A DNA stretch of 64,000 nt, from IMG/VR virus record IMGVR_UViG_3300045115_000228; one strand, 5' to 3'. The position numbers and the translations under genes were made by a program. The notes under the pieces are model-generated. The model did not search any database, had not been told where the DNA came from, and worked only from the letters and a program-made list of their open reading frames with translations. This document shows, one piece after another, positions 9,120 to 18,402 of the stretch; the stretch's first letter is position 1, and each line of letters opens with the position of its first letter. Origin of the DNA: an uncultured virus (IMG/VR IMGVR_UViG_3300045115_000228). Its lineage: Duplodnaviria > Heunggongvirae > Uroviricota > Caudoviricetes.

Positions 9120-10310
9120 ATGGCAACTCAACTGGTGAAGTACGAGCAGGGTGCGGGCGCCGGCGTGGCCGTCGGCAAGAACGTCGGCAAGCTCGTCGTC
9201 GGGGACTCGTTCCCGTCGACCACGGCCGACGCGATGTTCGCGGTGGCGTGCGACTGGTCCGGCAACACGTTCGTCGCCGACATCGCGACCAACGCCATCT
9301 ACAAGGTCACCGAGGGCGGCCAGGTCACACTGTTCGCCGGCTCCCCGGGCAACGACGGGTTCGTGAACGGGACGGGCACGGCCGCCAGGTTCCAGAACCC
9401 CAAGGGCATCGCCTGCGACAAGTCGGGCAACGTCTACGTCGCCGACACCGGCAACAACCGGGTCCGCAAGATCGACCTCAACGGGCGGGTCACGACGATC
9501 GCCGGCGGCTTCAGCGCCCCCCTCGACGTCGCGGTGGCCCCGAACGGCGACGTGATCGTCGCCGACACGGGCAACCACAAGATCTACCGCGTCCAGGCGG
9601 GCGGCAGGACGCTGCTGGTGGCGGGCAGCACCTCCGGCAACGTCTGCGGATACGACGGCACGGGCGGCAAGATCAGGGGCTCGGCGGCGAAGTTCAACAC
9701 TCCGTCCAGCGTGACCGTCGACAACAGCGGCTACATCTACGTCGCCGACACCAGCAACTACCAGGTGAAGGTCATCCATCCCGACGGATGGGTCAAGATC
9801 TTCGCGGGGTCCGGCACGGCGGGGAACCTCAACGGCACCGCGGCGGTCGCCAGGTTCACGAGCCTGCTTCGCGTCAAGGCGAGCAGGAGCGGGTTCCTGT
9901 ACGTGATCGACGCCGTCTCGACCTACAACAGGATCAAGAGGATCGACCCCAACGGCAACGTCTCGACGTTCGCCAACCCCCTGAAGGACGAGCTCTGCTA
10001 CGGTCTGGCGGTCAGCCCGGCCGACAAGGTGTTCGTCGTCACGGCGGCGGAGAGGTCGGAGGGGTACGAGTCGTCCTCCAGCTCGACCGAGGGAAGCTCG
10101 GTCAGCTCGGCGTCGTCCGCCAGCACGGCGAGCTCCAAGACCCCGAGCTCGGTCAGCTCGGCCAGCTCGGTGTCGTCCGTCAGTTCGGCGAGCTCCAAGA
10201 CCCTGAGCTCGGTCAGCTCGGCGTCGTCCGTGACCTCGGACAACTCGCCGAGTTCGGCCAGTTCGGTCAGTTCGGTGTCGTCCACCTCGCAGTCGCCAGG
10301 CGGCCGCTAG
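9120..10310 (+). CDS. NHL-repeat beta-propeller protein with a Ser-rich C-terminal tail
   Basis: Repeated FQNPKGIACDKSGNVYVADTGNNRVRKI-type units; ~75-aa SSVSSAS tail. Confidence 0.9.
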   Translation: MATQLVKYEQGAGAGVAVGKNVGKLVVGDSFPSTTADAMFAVACDWSGNTFVADIATNAIYKVTEGGQVTLFAGSPGNDGFVNGTGTAARFQNPKGIACDKSGNVYVADTGNNRVRKIDLNGRVTTIAGGFSAPLDVAVAPNGDVIVADTGNHKIYRVQAGGRTLLVAGSTSGNVCGYDGTGGKIRGSAAKFNTPSSVTVDNSGYIYVADTSNYQVKVIHPDGWVKIFAGSGTAGNLNGTAAVARFTSLLRVKASRSGFLYVIDAVSTYNRIKRIDPNGNVSTFANPLKDELCYGLAVSPADKVFVVTAAERSEGYESSSSSTEGSSVSSASSASTASSKTPSSVSSASSVSSVSSASSKTLSSVSSASSVTSDNSPSSASSVSSVSSTSQSPGGR

Positions 10311-10333
10311 GCCGGCGAAGGTCCCTGAAGCGG

Positions 10334-10366
10334 GAAAGGCGCCCTTGCGGGCGCCTTTCTCCTTTT
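10334..10366 (+). terminator. Rho-independent terminator, possibly bidirectional
   Basis: gaaaggcgccc-ttgc-gggcgcctttc hairpin plus T-rich tail between convergent genes. Confidence 0.7.
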
Positions 10367-10377
10367 CGAACCGCGGG

Positions 10378-11409
10378 CTAGTCGTTCATCGCGTCGCGGG
10401 ACCTGGCCTCCTGCTCGTCGATGAGCCTGTCCTTCTGTTCCTGGGTCATCCCGCCCTGCTGGAGTTGCTGCCACACGGCGACCTTCTCCTCGTACTTCGA
10501 GTACATCCCCCGCGTCCTCTCGTTCGGCACGTCGCCGAGGTGGGCCGTGGCCTCGCGGACGGCGTCCTCGACCGAGACGAAGTCGAAGGCCCTCAGGCTG
10601 CTCGCCGGGTTGCAGTTCCTTACGACGAACCCCTCCTTCTCGAAGAACGGTTTCGCCTCGGCGAACCAGCCGACCATCTTGGCGTACGTGGACATGTTGC
10701 CCTTGACCGCCGACTCCGTCCTGCCCTCGTCGAAGTGGTACCGCTTCTGGTCGGTCATCTCGAAGTCAACGCCGACGAGGTAGACGCGCCTGAAGCCGAG
10801 CAGGTACAGGATGCGCAGGGAGGCGAGCATCACCGACCTCCCGCCGCCCCACTTCTTGTGGCAGCCCCAGTTGATCGTCTCCTCCTTGAGGTAGCGGGGG
10901 GCGTGGAACTTCTCGTTCCTCTGGTACCCAACGACGTTGGGGCACTGCCCGACCGTCAGGTTCATGGGGCACCACCTGGCGTCGACGTTGCCGTCGGGGC
11001 GCGCGAACGTGCGGTTGTCCCAGATCGGCTTCTTGAAGTGCGACGTGGGGACGAACTTCGTGATCTTGGGGTCGAGCCACAGCGAGGCGACGAACCGCGA
11101 TGGGTCGTCGACGATGCAGGCGGCGTTGCCCCGGAACGAGCGCACGGCGTTGTTCAGGGTCATCGTCCACACGCCGGGGCGGGCCAGCAGCCCCCTGTCG
11201 ACGTCCTTGAAGCTGGGGCCGCTGGCGATCAGGAACGCCGAGCAGCCGCGGTAGGAGTCGACGAGCGGGAGCGACCACTTCGCCGCGTTCCAGAAGAAGG
11301 GGACCATCGGCAGCATGTTGGCAGGCTGCTTGGCGTCCTCCCATCCTCCCTCGTGGACTATGGCGTTGTCGTCGTTCTGGTCGACGCCCATGGACCTCAT
11401 CCTCGTCAT
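10378..11409 (-). CDS. MAF_flag10/DUF115 (MptE-like) glycosyltransferase-related protein
   Basis: AFLIASGPSF...LGFRRVYLVGVDF...VRNCNPASSL motifs. Confidence 0.7.
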   Translation of the reverse strand: MTRMRSMGVDQNDDNAIVHEGGWEDAKQPANMLPMVPFFWNAAKWSLPLVDSYRGCSAFLIASGPSFKDVDRGLLARPGVWTMTLNNAVRSFRGNAACIVDDPSRFVASLWLDPKITKFVPTSHFKKPIWDNRTFARPDGNVDARWCPMNLTVGQCPNVVGYQRNEKFHAPRYLKEETINWGCHKKWGGGRSVMLASLRILYLLGFRRVYLVGVDFEMTDQKRYHFDEGRTESAVKGNMSTYAKMVGWFAEAKPFFEKEGFVVRNCNPASSLRAFDFVSVEDAVREATAHLGDVPNERTRGMYSKYEEKVAVWQQLQQGGMTQEQKDRLIDEQEARSRDAMND

Positions 11410-11425
11410 ATGGCTCCTCCTCGCC

Positions 11426-12193
11426 TCACCTCTGCATGGTGATGTGGCGTCCTTCCTCGTTGTCCCTCTCGTGGTTCAGGTGGTACTGCGGCGGCAGTTC
11501 GATCCTCTTCAGGCCTCCGACCCTCGAACGGAACTGGCTGTCGGATCTCGTCTTGTGGTAGCTGTCGAACTCGGCCTCGTCCTTGCACTCCCCCGGCTCG
11601 ACGTACAGCCCGCCGTGGAGGCACCTGACGGCGGCCACGTTGACGAGCTGGAAGTACCCCGCCCCGCAGTTGCGGCTGATCTGGAAGACTGGCCACGTGG
11701 AGACCTTGGCCGCACAGCCGTCGACCAGCGACGGGTAGACGGTGTCGTCTTCCTCGTTGAAGAACCTCTTCGACTTGTCCTTGTCCAGCGACACGCGGCT
11801 GGCGGATATGCACCGCGTCTCGTCCTTGAGGTCGCCGGCCAGGCGCACGGCGAGCGTGGCGAAGAACTGGCGGCTGTAGACCATGTCGGAGTCGCTGAAC
11901 AGCATCCAGTCGGCGGTCGACTCGGCGAGTTGCCTGTTCCTGACCAGGCCGCGGAACTGGATCGCCCTCTCGTCCGGGTAGGGGAACCTCTTCACCCGCA
12001 GGCCGAGGCCCCCGAAGAAGTCGCACACCTCCTCGGTCGTCGGCCGGCCGTTCCTCGGCGGGTAGGCGACGCTGAACGTCAGGTCCGGGACGGGGCTGCC
12101 GTCCTGGAGGGGATCCTGCTGCAGGCAGGACGACATCATCCAGCACAGCCTCCGCTGGAACCACGTGCACGACACGGCGATCTCGATGTTCAC
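11426..12193 (-). CDS. GT-A fold glycosyltransferase (GT2-like)
   Basis: GTG at 12193; RGLVRN, WMLFSDSDM (DxD), C-terminal YHLNH. Confidence 0.75.
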   Translation of the reverse strand: MNIEIAVSCTWFQRRLCWMMSSCLQQDPLQDGSPVPDLTFSVAYPPRNGRPTTEEVCDFFGGLGLRVKRFPYPDERAIQFRGLVRNRQLAESTADWMLFSDSDMVYSRQFFATLAVRLAGDLKDETRCISASRVSLDKDKSKRFFNEEDDTVYPSLVDGCAAKVSTWPVFQISRNCGAGYFQLVNVAAVRCLHGGLYVEPGECKDEAEFDSYHKTRSDSQFRSRVGGLKRIELPPQYHLNHERDNEEGRHITMQR

Positions 12194-12987
12194 CTTGCGG
12201 CCCTCCTCTTGGCCTTGCGTCCGTCGTCCGGCTTGCGGTATGCGTCCGGGGCGATCTGGACGTACCCCCTGCGGTACAGTGTCCCCTTGACGTGGGACAG
12301 GCTCTCGGTCACATGCTCCGAGTTCACCTTGTACCTCTTCAGCGTCGCCATCAGGACGCCGCCGCCGACCAGGGCCTCGTCGATCGCCTCGACGAACCCC
12401 ATCGGCTCCTCCAGGTGCTCCAGCACGTCGACGGCGACGACGGCGTCGCAGGATGGGAGCCTGCGCGGCGAGTCGTCCGAGTCCAGCCACGTCATGGGCA
12501 ACCGGGCGCCGTCGCACGCCCATCGCAGGAAGTCCTTCCTCGGCGTCGGGACGTCGACGAGGAACAGGCTTGGCTTCCTTCCGGACTCGCACAGCATCAC
12601 CGCCGCCTGCAGCGACGTGCGCGCCAGCCCGCAGCCGAAGTCCAGTATCCTGACCTGGTCGTCCGCGCCCGACACGGCCGTCGCGAGCCAAGACTCGCCG
12701 TCGCGGACGTCTCCCTGGTACGACAGGAAGCGGGCGAAGTGCAGCGGCCACCCGTGGCGGTAGGCGGCGGCGCGCGACCTGCCGAACATCAGGAACAGGC
12801 TCATCGACTCAAGGATGCGCTTCTTGAACTCCCTTGAGCCGAATCCTCCGCACTGTGCCTCGGCCATCGCCATGCGATCCCTGCTCTCGTCCTCGGTCAT
12901 GCCGTGCTCGCTCGCGTTCCACATGTGGAACGGCGTCACCATGTCTCCCTTGCGCAGGCAGGAGCGGAGCCTCTCGACGTCGCTCAT
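12190..12987 (-). CDS. Class I SAM-dependent methyltransferase
   Basis: ILDFGCG, DVLEHLEEP. Confidence 0.85.
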   Translation of the reverse strand: MSDVERLRSCLRKGDMVTPFHMWNASEHGMTEDESRDRMAMAEAQCGGFGSREFKKRILESMSLFLMFGRSRAAAYRHGWPLHFARFLSYQGDVRDGESWLATAVSGADDQVRILDFGCGLARTSLQAAVMLCESGRKPSLFLVDVPTPRKDFLRWACDGARLPMTWLDSDDSPRRLPSCDAVVAVDVLEHLEEPMGFVEAIDEALVGGGVLMATLKRYKVNSEHVTESLSHVKGTLYRRGYVQIAPDAYRKPDDGRKAKRRAAR

Positions 12988-13706
12988 CGTGGCCCCCCGG
13001 GATTCGCCGCCGCGGCGATGTCGAGGAGCTCGTACGGGATGTCGACCCTCGTCGTCGGCGCGAGGGCCCTAGCCTGCCCGATCAGCGGGTTGTCAGGTGA
13101 CGCGAACCTCCCCATCCACCTGCCCCTGTTGATCTTCGGTTCCTTCACGAACCACCACGACGGGGCTGGCCTGCCGTCCGTGTCGGTGTCCTCCACGGTC
13201 AGCATCAGCCTCTGGAGGTGCTCCATGCAGAACCCGTTGACCACGTAGGCGACTTGGTAGGTCGACTTCCGGATGTAGTCGTGGCCAGCCATCACGCCCC
13301 CGTCTCTGACCTTCGGCCACCACCGGATCATGTCCATCGCGAAGCCGGTGAACAGGTGGGAGGCGTCGAGGTAAAGGAAGTCCAGCTCGCCGTCCTTGAA
13401 CCCCTCGACGGCTTCGAGGCTCGTCTTCCTGACGACGCGCGACCTGTCGCCGAACTTGGCGAGCCTGTCCATGGCCTCCTCGTAGAAGGCCTGCATCCTG
13501 CCGTTCTTCTTGAACATCCTCGCGGTGTAGGCCATCGTCATCGTGTCGTCGTCCGTCCACGGGTCGATGCTGTGCAGCAGGTCGAGCTTCGAGTTGGCGA
13601 GCAGGTGCGCCGAGAAGGCCCCGACCCTCACGCCGACCTCGGCGCCGACCTTCAGCCCCATCTCGTCGATGAGCTGGGGGAACTGCGTCCTGCTCGTGAT
13701 CGTCAT
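12984..13706 (-). CDS. Methyltransf_24-like SAM methyltransferase
   Basis: Start MTITSR at 13706; GAEVGV, DFLYLDASH, GGVMAGHDY. Confidence 0.85.
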   Translation of the reverse strand: MTITSRTQFPQLIDEMGLKVGAEVGVRVGAFSAHLLANSKLDLLHSIDPWTDDDTMTMAYTARMFKKNGRMQAFYEEAMDRLAKFGDRSRVVRKTSLEAVEGFKDGELDFLYLDASHLFTGFAMDMIRWWPKVRDGGVMAGHDYIRKSTYQVAYVVNGFCMEHLQRLMLTVEDTDTDGRPAPSWWFVKEPKINRGRWMGRFASPDNPLIGQARALAPTTRVDIPYELLDIAAAANPGGPR

Positions 13707-14482
13707 TCGTCCGCCTCCTCCTGGTCGGCGTACTGGTATGGGAGCACGACCCTCACGCCCTTGTCCTTGAGGATCGCCTTGGCCCTGCGCAGGCCCGCGA
13801 GCGTCTCCGGCAGGGCGTCGAAGAACTCCCTCTTGGTCAGGGCCTCCTTGATCGTCCAGAACGACGGGGACGCATAGGCCCTGCCGTCGAGGCTGGTGTC
13901 GCCCCACGTCAGGCGCATCAGGAGCTTGTGCTCCGCGCAGAAGGCGTTCGCCACGTCCATGACCTCGTAGCGGTACCTTCGCCAGTAGTCGTGCCCGGCG
14001 ATGACCCCTCCCGTCCTGATCTTCGGCCACCACCGGATCAGGTCGAGGGCGAACCCGGTGAACCTGTGCCCGGCGTCGAACATGATGAAGTCGATGGGCC
14101 TGACGAGCTGGAACCCGGCCCCCGGATCGGACGTGCCGTCGGCGTTGGCGAACATCGCCGCCGCGTCGAAGCTGAGCGCCTTCACGACGACCGACCTGTC
14201 GCCGTGGCGGCCGAGCACCTCGCGCGCCGTCGCCTCCGCGCCCTTGACCTCGTCGCCGTGCCTCACCGTCCACGCCTTCCTGGGGGCGGCGAGCGTCTCG
14301 CCGGTCCCCTCCTGCCAGGCGTCGATGCTGTACAGGACGTCCAGCTTCGAGTTCTCCAGCAGGTAGTTGGAGAAGTACCCCTTGTCCACTCCCAGCTCGA
14401 CGCCGACCTTGAGGCCCATCTCGTCGATGAGCCTGGCGAAGTCCTGCCTCGTCGAGACCTCAGTCTTGACTGTCCTCGGCAT
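13703..14482 (-). CDS. Methyltransf_24-like SAM methyltransferase (tandem paralog)
   Basis: GVELGV, DFIMFDAGH, GGVIAGHDY; closely resembles the downstream gene. Confidence 0.85.
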   Translation of the reverse strand: MPRTVKTEVSTRQDFARLIDEMGLKVGVELGVDKGYFSNYLLENSKLDVLYSIDAWQEGTGETLAAPRKAWTVRHGDEVKGAEATAREVLGRHGDRSVVVKALSFDAAAMFANADGTSDPGAGFQLVRPIDFIMFDAGHRFTGFALDLIRWWPKIRTGGVIAGHDYWRRYRYEVMDVANAFCAEHKLLMRLTWGDTSLDGRAYASPSFWTIKEALTKREFFDALPETLAGLRRAKAILKDKGVRVVLPYQYADQEEADE

Positions 14483-16157
14483 GGTTCTCCTCTTCCTGCT
14501 CCCGCTGTTCCGCCTGCGGGACGTCCTGGTCGACCGCCGCGACGCGCGCCTTCAGGCCGTCGATGTCGCTCTTGTTGTCCATGCCGCGGCGGTTCTTGAA
14601 GTTCGTGCGCATGATCGGCAGACCGAGCCTGTTGGCGACGTACCACAGGTAGGTGTCGTGGCTGGGCACCGGCAGCCTGCCGCCCGCCATCTCGGCGGCG
14701 GTGCGGACGAAGTCGGACCTGTGGAACTGCACGAAGCTGGCGACCCTCGGGTGCCAATACTTCCTGCCCTCGACCTTGGACTGGTCGAAGACGTCCCTCG
14801 GGGTGTCCTTGAAGGCGGGGTGGGCGTTGGCCCACTCCATAAGCGGGCCGACGTGCTTGGCGAAGCTGTAGCCCCACCTGTGGCCGCAGATCACGTGGTC
14901 CTTCATCTCGGGGACGAGCAGCGGGGAGTCGTCCGTCGCGTAGGCGTCGGCGTCGATCTTGACCCAGTAGGGGGTCTGGACGTCGCGCGCCGCGCCGAGC
15001 ACGAACGCCGTGAGCATCCTCTCGCGCTGGTCGGCGGCCTCGTCCATGTCCCAGCGTATGATGCGGGCGTTCGGCAGCAGGGCGCGTATGAAGTCGAGCT
15101 CGCTGTTCCTGTGCGGGCGCCTGAAGCCGTTGACGTAGACGATGGCGGGGAACCGGTCGACGCGCTTGTGCCTGACCCAGTTCGCGAGCGTCGCCCTGAG
15201 GTGGTGGACGTACTTCTGGTCGCACGCGGTGACGATGGTGACGTCCTCGTCCCTGAACCCGGGCCACGTCTCGGCGGCGGCTACGCCGAGTATCTCCTTG
15301 ACCCTCCTCTGCAGCGCCGCGTGCATGGTCTTGGCGTTGCCGTGGATGAACCTGTGGAGCCTCCTGTCGTCCCTCGCCTTCGCGGCTATCTCCCTGATGC
15401 CGCATGTGTCGTCCTCAAGGGCCTCGATGAACTCCTGCAGCCACACGGCGCACCTCGGGGCCTCGATGCAGTGCTTCTTGCCGTGGAAGTGGATGATGCG
15501 CGGGTCTGGCGTGCCGGGGTCGTGCAGGACCGACACGTTGCAGCGCGTCCCGATGACGTTCACGTCGTACCGCGGCAGGAGCAACTGGCAGGCGACCTCG
15601 TCGGCTATGTACATCCTGTGCTCGCCCCACTCGGCGATCTGGAGCCACTCCTTGAACATGGGCGTGCCCTTCCGCCACGCGAACACGCCGCAGTTTATCG
15701 CCTTGCCGTGGGCCACGGCGGCCTCGACGTACTCGGGCTTGAGCGGGGCATACCCGCGTATGCGCCGCTCGATCGTGCCGCCGCTGGTCGACCACCCCGC
15801 GAAGTGGCAGATCGCCAGGTCATGGTCCTTGGCCGCCTCGAACAACTCTGAGAAGTCGCCCGTGACCACCGTGTCCGTGTCGAGGACGACGGACAGGTCA
15901 TAGGGGCTCTCCTGGCAGAGCTCGATCTTCCGCAGGAGGGCCTTGTACTTCGACGGGCTGACCTCCCTGTGGACGATGTCGACCGCGAACCTGTCCTTCA
16001 GGTCCGCCATCAGCTTCGGCGAGTGGGGGCCCTCAAGGAAGAGGGTCACGTTGCCGGCGAAGTGCTTCCTCAGCGTGCGAAGGCAGACGATCATCCTCGT
16101 CAGGCACTTCTCGCCGCGGTTGAACAGTATGACCCCTCGCGTGAGGCCGTCTTCCAT
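14460..16157 (-). CDS. Two-domain GT-A glycosyltransferase (GT8-like)
   Basis: LDTDT and KIDAD DxD motifs, INCGVF, IIHFHG. Confidence 0.75.
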   Translation of the reverse strand: MEDGLTRGVILFNRGEKCLTRMIVCLRTLRKHFAGNVTLFLEGPHSPKLMADLKDRFAVDIVHREVSPSKYKALLRKIELCQESPYDLSVVLDTDTVVTGDFSELFEAAKDHDLAICHFAGWSTSGGTIERRIRGYAPLKPEYVEAAVAHGKAINCGVFAWRKGTPMFKEWLQIAEWGEHRMYIADEVACQLLLPRYDVNVIGTRCNVSVLHDPGTPDPRIIHFHGKKHCIEAPRCAVWLQEFIEALEDDTCGIREIAAKARDDRRLHRFIHGNAKTMHAALQRRVKEILGVAAAETWPGFRDEDVTIVTACDQKYVHHLRATLANWVRHKRVDRFPAIVYVNGFRRPHRNSELDFIRALLPNARIIRWDMDEAADQRERMLTAFVLGAARDVQTPYWVKIDADAYATDDSPLLVPEMKDHVICGHRWGYSFAKHVGPLMEWANAHPAFKDTPRDVFDQSKVEGRKYWHPRVASFVQFHRSDFVRTAAEMAGGRLPVPSHDTYLWYVANRLGLPIMRTNFKNRRGMDNKSDIDGLKARVAAVDQDVPQAEQREQEEENHAEDSQD

Positions 16158-16187
16158 CGTCGGATCCTTTCTGTTGCGTCCGGTGGC

Positions 16188-16227
16188 ATTATACACTCGG
16201 AACCGTCCCTGGCACTCTCGCTATAAT
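16188..16227. promoter_or_regulatory. Divergent sigma70-like -10 boxes
   Basis: TATAAT on minus at 16193..16188 and on plus at 16222..16227; the plus box is 6 nt before ATG 16234 (leaderless). Confidence 0.6.
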
Positions 16228-16233
16228 GGCGGC

Positions 16234-16857
16234 ATGTACGGGTCGTACGCCGAGTTCAACGCCGCCAAACTGGCCTGCAGGGCATGCCCTGTCGGTCCCG
16301 TCTACGGCAGGGTCGTCGAGAGCGACGGGTGCGTCGCGACCCCCGCCGTGATGGTCATAGGCGAGGCCCCAGGGGCCGACGAGGTGGCGAAGGGCAAGCC
16401 GTTCGTCGGGAAGTCTGGCAGGCTGCTGCGCGACACGCTCAACGCCGCCGGGTTCAACCGCGACAACGCGGCCATCAGCAACGTCATCCCGTGCCGGCCA
16501 AGGGACAACGTGTTCCCTTCGGACCTGTCGCTGGTCGAGGCGTGCGTGGCGCGATGGCTGCGCGAGGAGATCGCCATCCTCAGGCCGAGGCTGATCCTGC
16601 TGGTCGGCGGGAAGGCCCTCAAGTCCGTGCTCGGGATGGACGGAATAACGAGGAACAGGGGCAGGTGGTTCCCCCTGACGAGGGAGTGGGGGTTCGTCGA
16701 CTGCATGCCGACCTATCACCCGTCGTACGTCCAGCGCATGGAGTACGCCGACGAGGGCTTCGAGGTCATGGAGGCGTTCAAGGCGGACGTCGCCGAGGTC
16801 GCAAGAGCCGCTGGGTTCACGCCGCCGAGGCGCCTGCCGGTCAGAAGAGCCGGCTGA
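16234..16857 (+). CDS. Uracil-DNA glycosylase family 4
   Basis: CxxC, IGEAPGADE, PFVGKSG, NVIPCRP, TYHPS. Confidence 0.92.
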   Translation: MYGSYAEFNAAKLACRACPVGPVYGRVVESDGCVATPAVMVIGEAPGADEVAKGKPFVGKSGRLLRDTLNAAGFNRDNAAISNVIPCRPRDNVFPSDLSLVEACVARWLREEIAILRPRLILLVGGKALKSVLGMDGITRNRGRWFPLTREWGFVDCMPTYHPSYVQRMEYADEGFEVMEAFKADVAEVARAAGFTPPRRLPVRRAG

Positions 16858-17522
16858 AGTCCCCGTCGAGGTACTTGTCAAGGGACGTCTTCTTCCCGTT
16901 CAGGTTGTTCGTGACGATCCCGTCCATGTGCCTCACCGTCCTCACCTTGTCCCCCCTCATCCCGGACCCCACCTGGGCCCTGCGCGACGCGTTCTCGTCG
17001 GAGGCGACCTTGGACGTCCTGGCGGCCGCGACCCTCGCGGCAAGCCAAGCCATGGCCATCTCCCGGTTCTGGTGCTGCGACCTCTCGGACTCGCACCTCA
17101 CCGTGACGCCCGTCGGCCTGTGGGTGACGCGGATGGCGGACAGCGTCTTGTTCCTGTGCTGGCCGCCTGGTCCCGACCCCCTGTATGGCTCGACGTCCAC
17201 GTCGGAAGGGTTCAGCCCGTCTGACGACCGGCACGGCGGGAGCACGGCCACCGTGATGGTCGAGGTGTGGCGCCTTCCGTGGCGCTCGTTGGGAGGCACG
17301 CGCTGGTGTCGATGGCCGCCCGGCTCGTTGGCGAACGCCTTGCCCGCCCCCTCGCCCTCGGCCACGAACGCTATGAACCCTGGCTGGACCTCAAGGAGGG
17401 AGCACTCAAAGACGGTTCCTGGACGCCATCTTCGAGTAGATCCTGTACTGCTCGTTGACGAGCAGCTTCGCGTCGTCGCCGCCCTCGGCGGCCCTCATCT
17501 CCACGATCGCCATCTCCTTCAT
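16841..17522 (-). CDS. Class I peptide release factor-like protein (RF1/PrfH-like, no domain 1) made by a +1 frameshift
   Basis: ATG 17522 gives MKEMAIVEMRAAEGGDDAKL...RNRL, then CTT TGA (17411..17406). The +1 frame continues ECSLLEVQPG...HRHQRVPPNE...GPGGQH; ~226 aa. Confidence 0.85.
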
Positions 17523-17539
17523 GGTTCCCTCCTCGCAGG

Positions 17540-17545
17540 ATTATA
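17540..17545 (-). promoter_or_regulatory. Sigma70-like -10 (TATAAT)
   Basis: Upstream of the GAGGAGG RBS of the release factor gene. Confidence 0.55.
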
Positions 17546-17589
17546 CAACGGGGAGCCGGCATGTCCCTTCCAACGCCATTCCGCGTCGG

Positions 17590-18390
17590 TCAGCCACCCA
17601 ATTGCGGTATCTTTCCGTCCGACATCGCCTTCAATATGGTCGCCTCGGAGCGGCAGTCGACGCCGGCGGCCTTGAGGGCGCGAAGGGCCTGCGCGGCCCT
17701 CCCGTAATGGCAGAACACGGGAGTCTGGTTCCTGAAGGTCTTCATCTTGCACCACCTGTGATAGTATTTCGGCTCGTGCACCTTGGCGTACTCCGCCACG
17801 CCGCGCCACCCTCCCCTCGTGAGGTCGATGTGCATGGCGAACACGATCTCGTCGTTGCTGACGTCATGGCCGTCCTTGATCATCCTCAGCGCCAGCCTCG
17901 TCAACCTCTTCGTGGAGTTCGACCCGCGCATGTACACATAGCAACTGCAGGGGATGTACTTGCGTCCGTCCTCGTCCGTCCTCCATTTCGCTGGGGAATA
18001 CCACTTCCTGTAAAGCGGGATTTGCAGGTCGCCCTTGGAACGGCAGGCGTCCCAGAAGTCGCCAGGGAGAGGGGCTATTTGGTGGCAATCGATGTCCAGA
18101 AACACGGCGTCGCGGAACATCGGGCTGGCGGTCTCGCAGGCCAACAACTTGTTGCACAAGAGGCTCTTGCCGGAGAACGGCATCGGTCGTCTTTCGACCA
18201 TCAGGCACTTGAACCCGAGGTCGTCAAGGCGATCCCTGTTCTCCTTCCCGAAGACGACGAACGGCTTCTGCGTGGCGTTGTCGAATCGGCTGGTCTTGAG
18301 GAACGCCAGATCGGCGACGATGTGGTGTCGGTGTCCATGGTCTTGGGACCATGGGTTGCCGAACAAGACCCGGAAGAACGTCCCATCCAT
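17590..18390 (-). CDS. Putative GT-A glycosyltransferase
   Basis: VFLDIDC (DxD), NDE; paralog of 50318..51213. Confidence 0.6.
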   Translation of the reverse strand: MDGTFFRVLFGNPWSQDHGHRHHIVADLAFLKTSRFDNATQKPFVVFGKENRDRLDDLGFKCLMVERRPMPFSGKSLLCNKLLACETASPMFRDAVFLDIDCHQIAPLPGDFWDACRSKGDLQIPLYRKWYSPAKWRTDEDGRKYIPCSCYVYMRGSNSTKRLTRLALRMIKDGHDVSNDEIVFAMHIDLTRGGWRGVAEYAKVHEPKYYHRWCKMKTFRNQTPVFCHYGRAAQALRALKAAGVDCRSEATILKAMSDGKIPQLGG

Positions 18391-18402
18391 ATCGTCGTTC
18401 TT

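Noticed and set aside
10068..10290. Repeated gagctcggtcagctcggc units resembling a CRISPR array
   Set aside because: Degenerate in-frame repeats coding a Ser-rich tail; no unique spacers and no cas genes.
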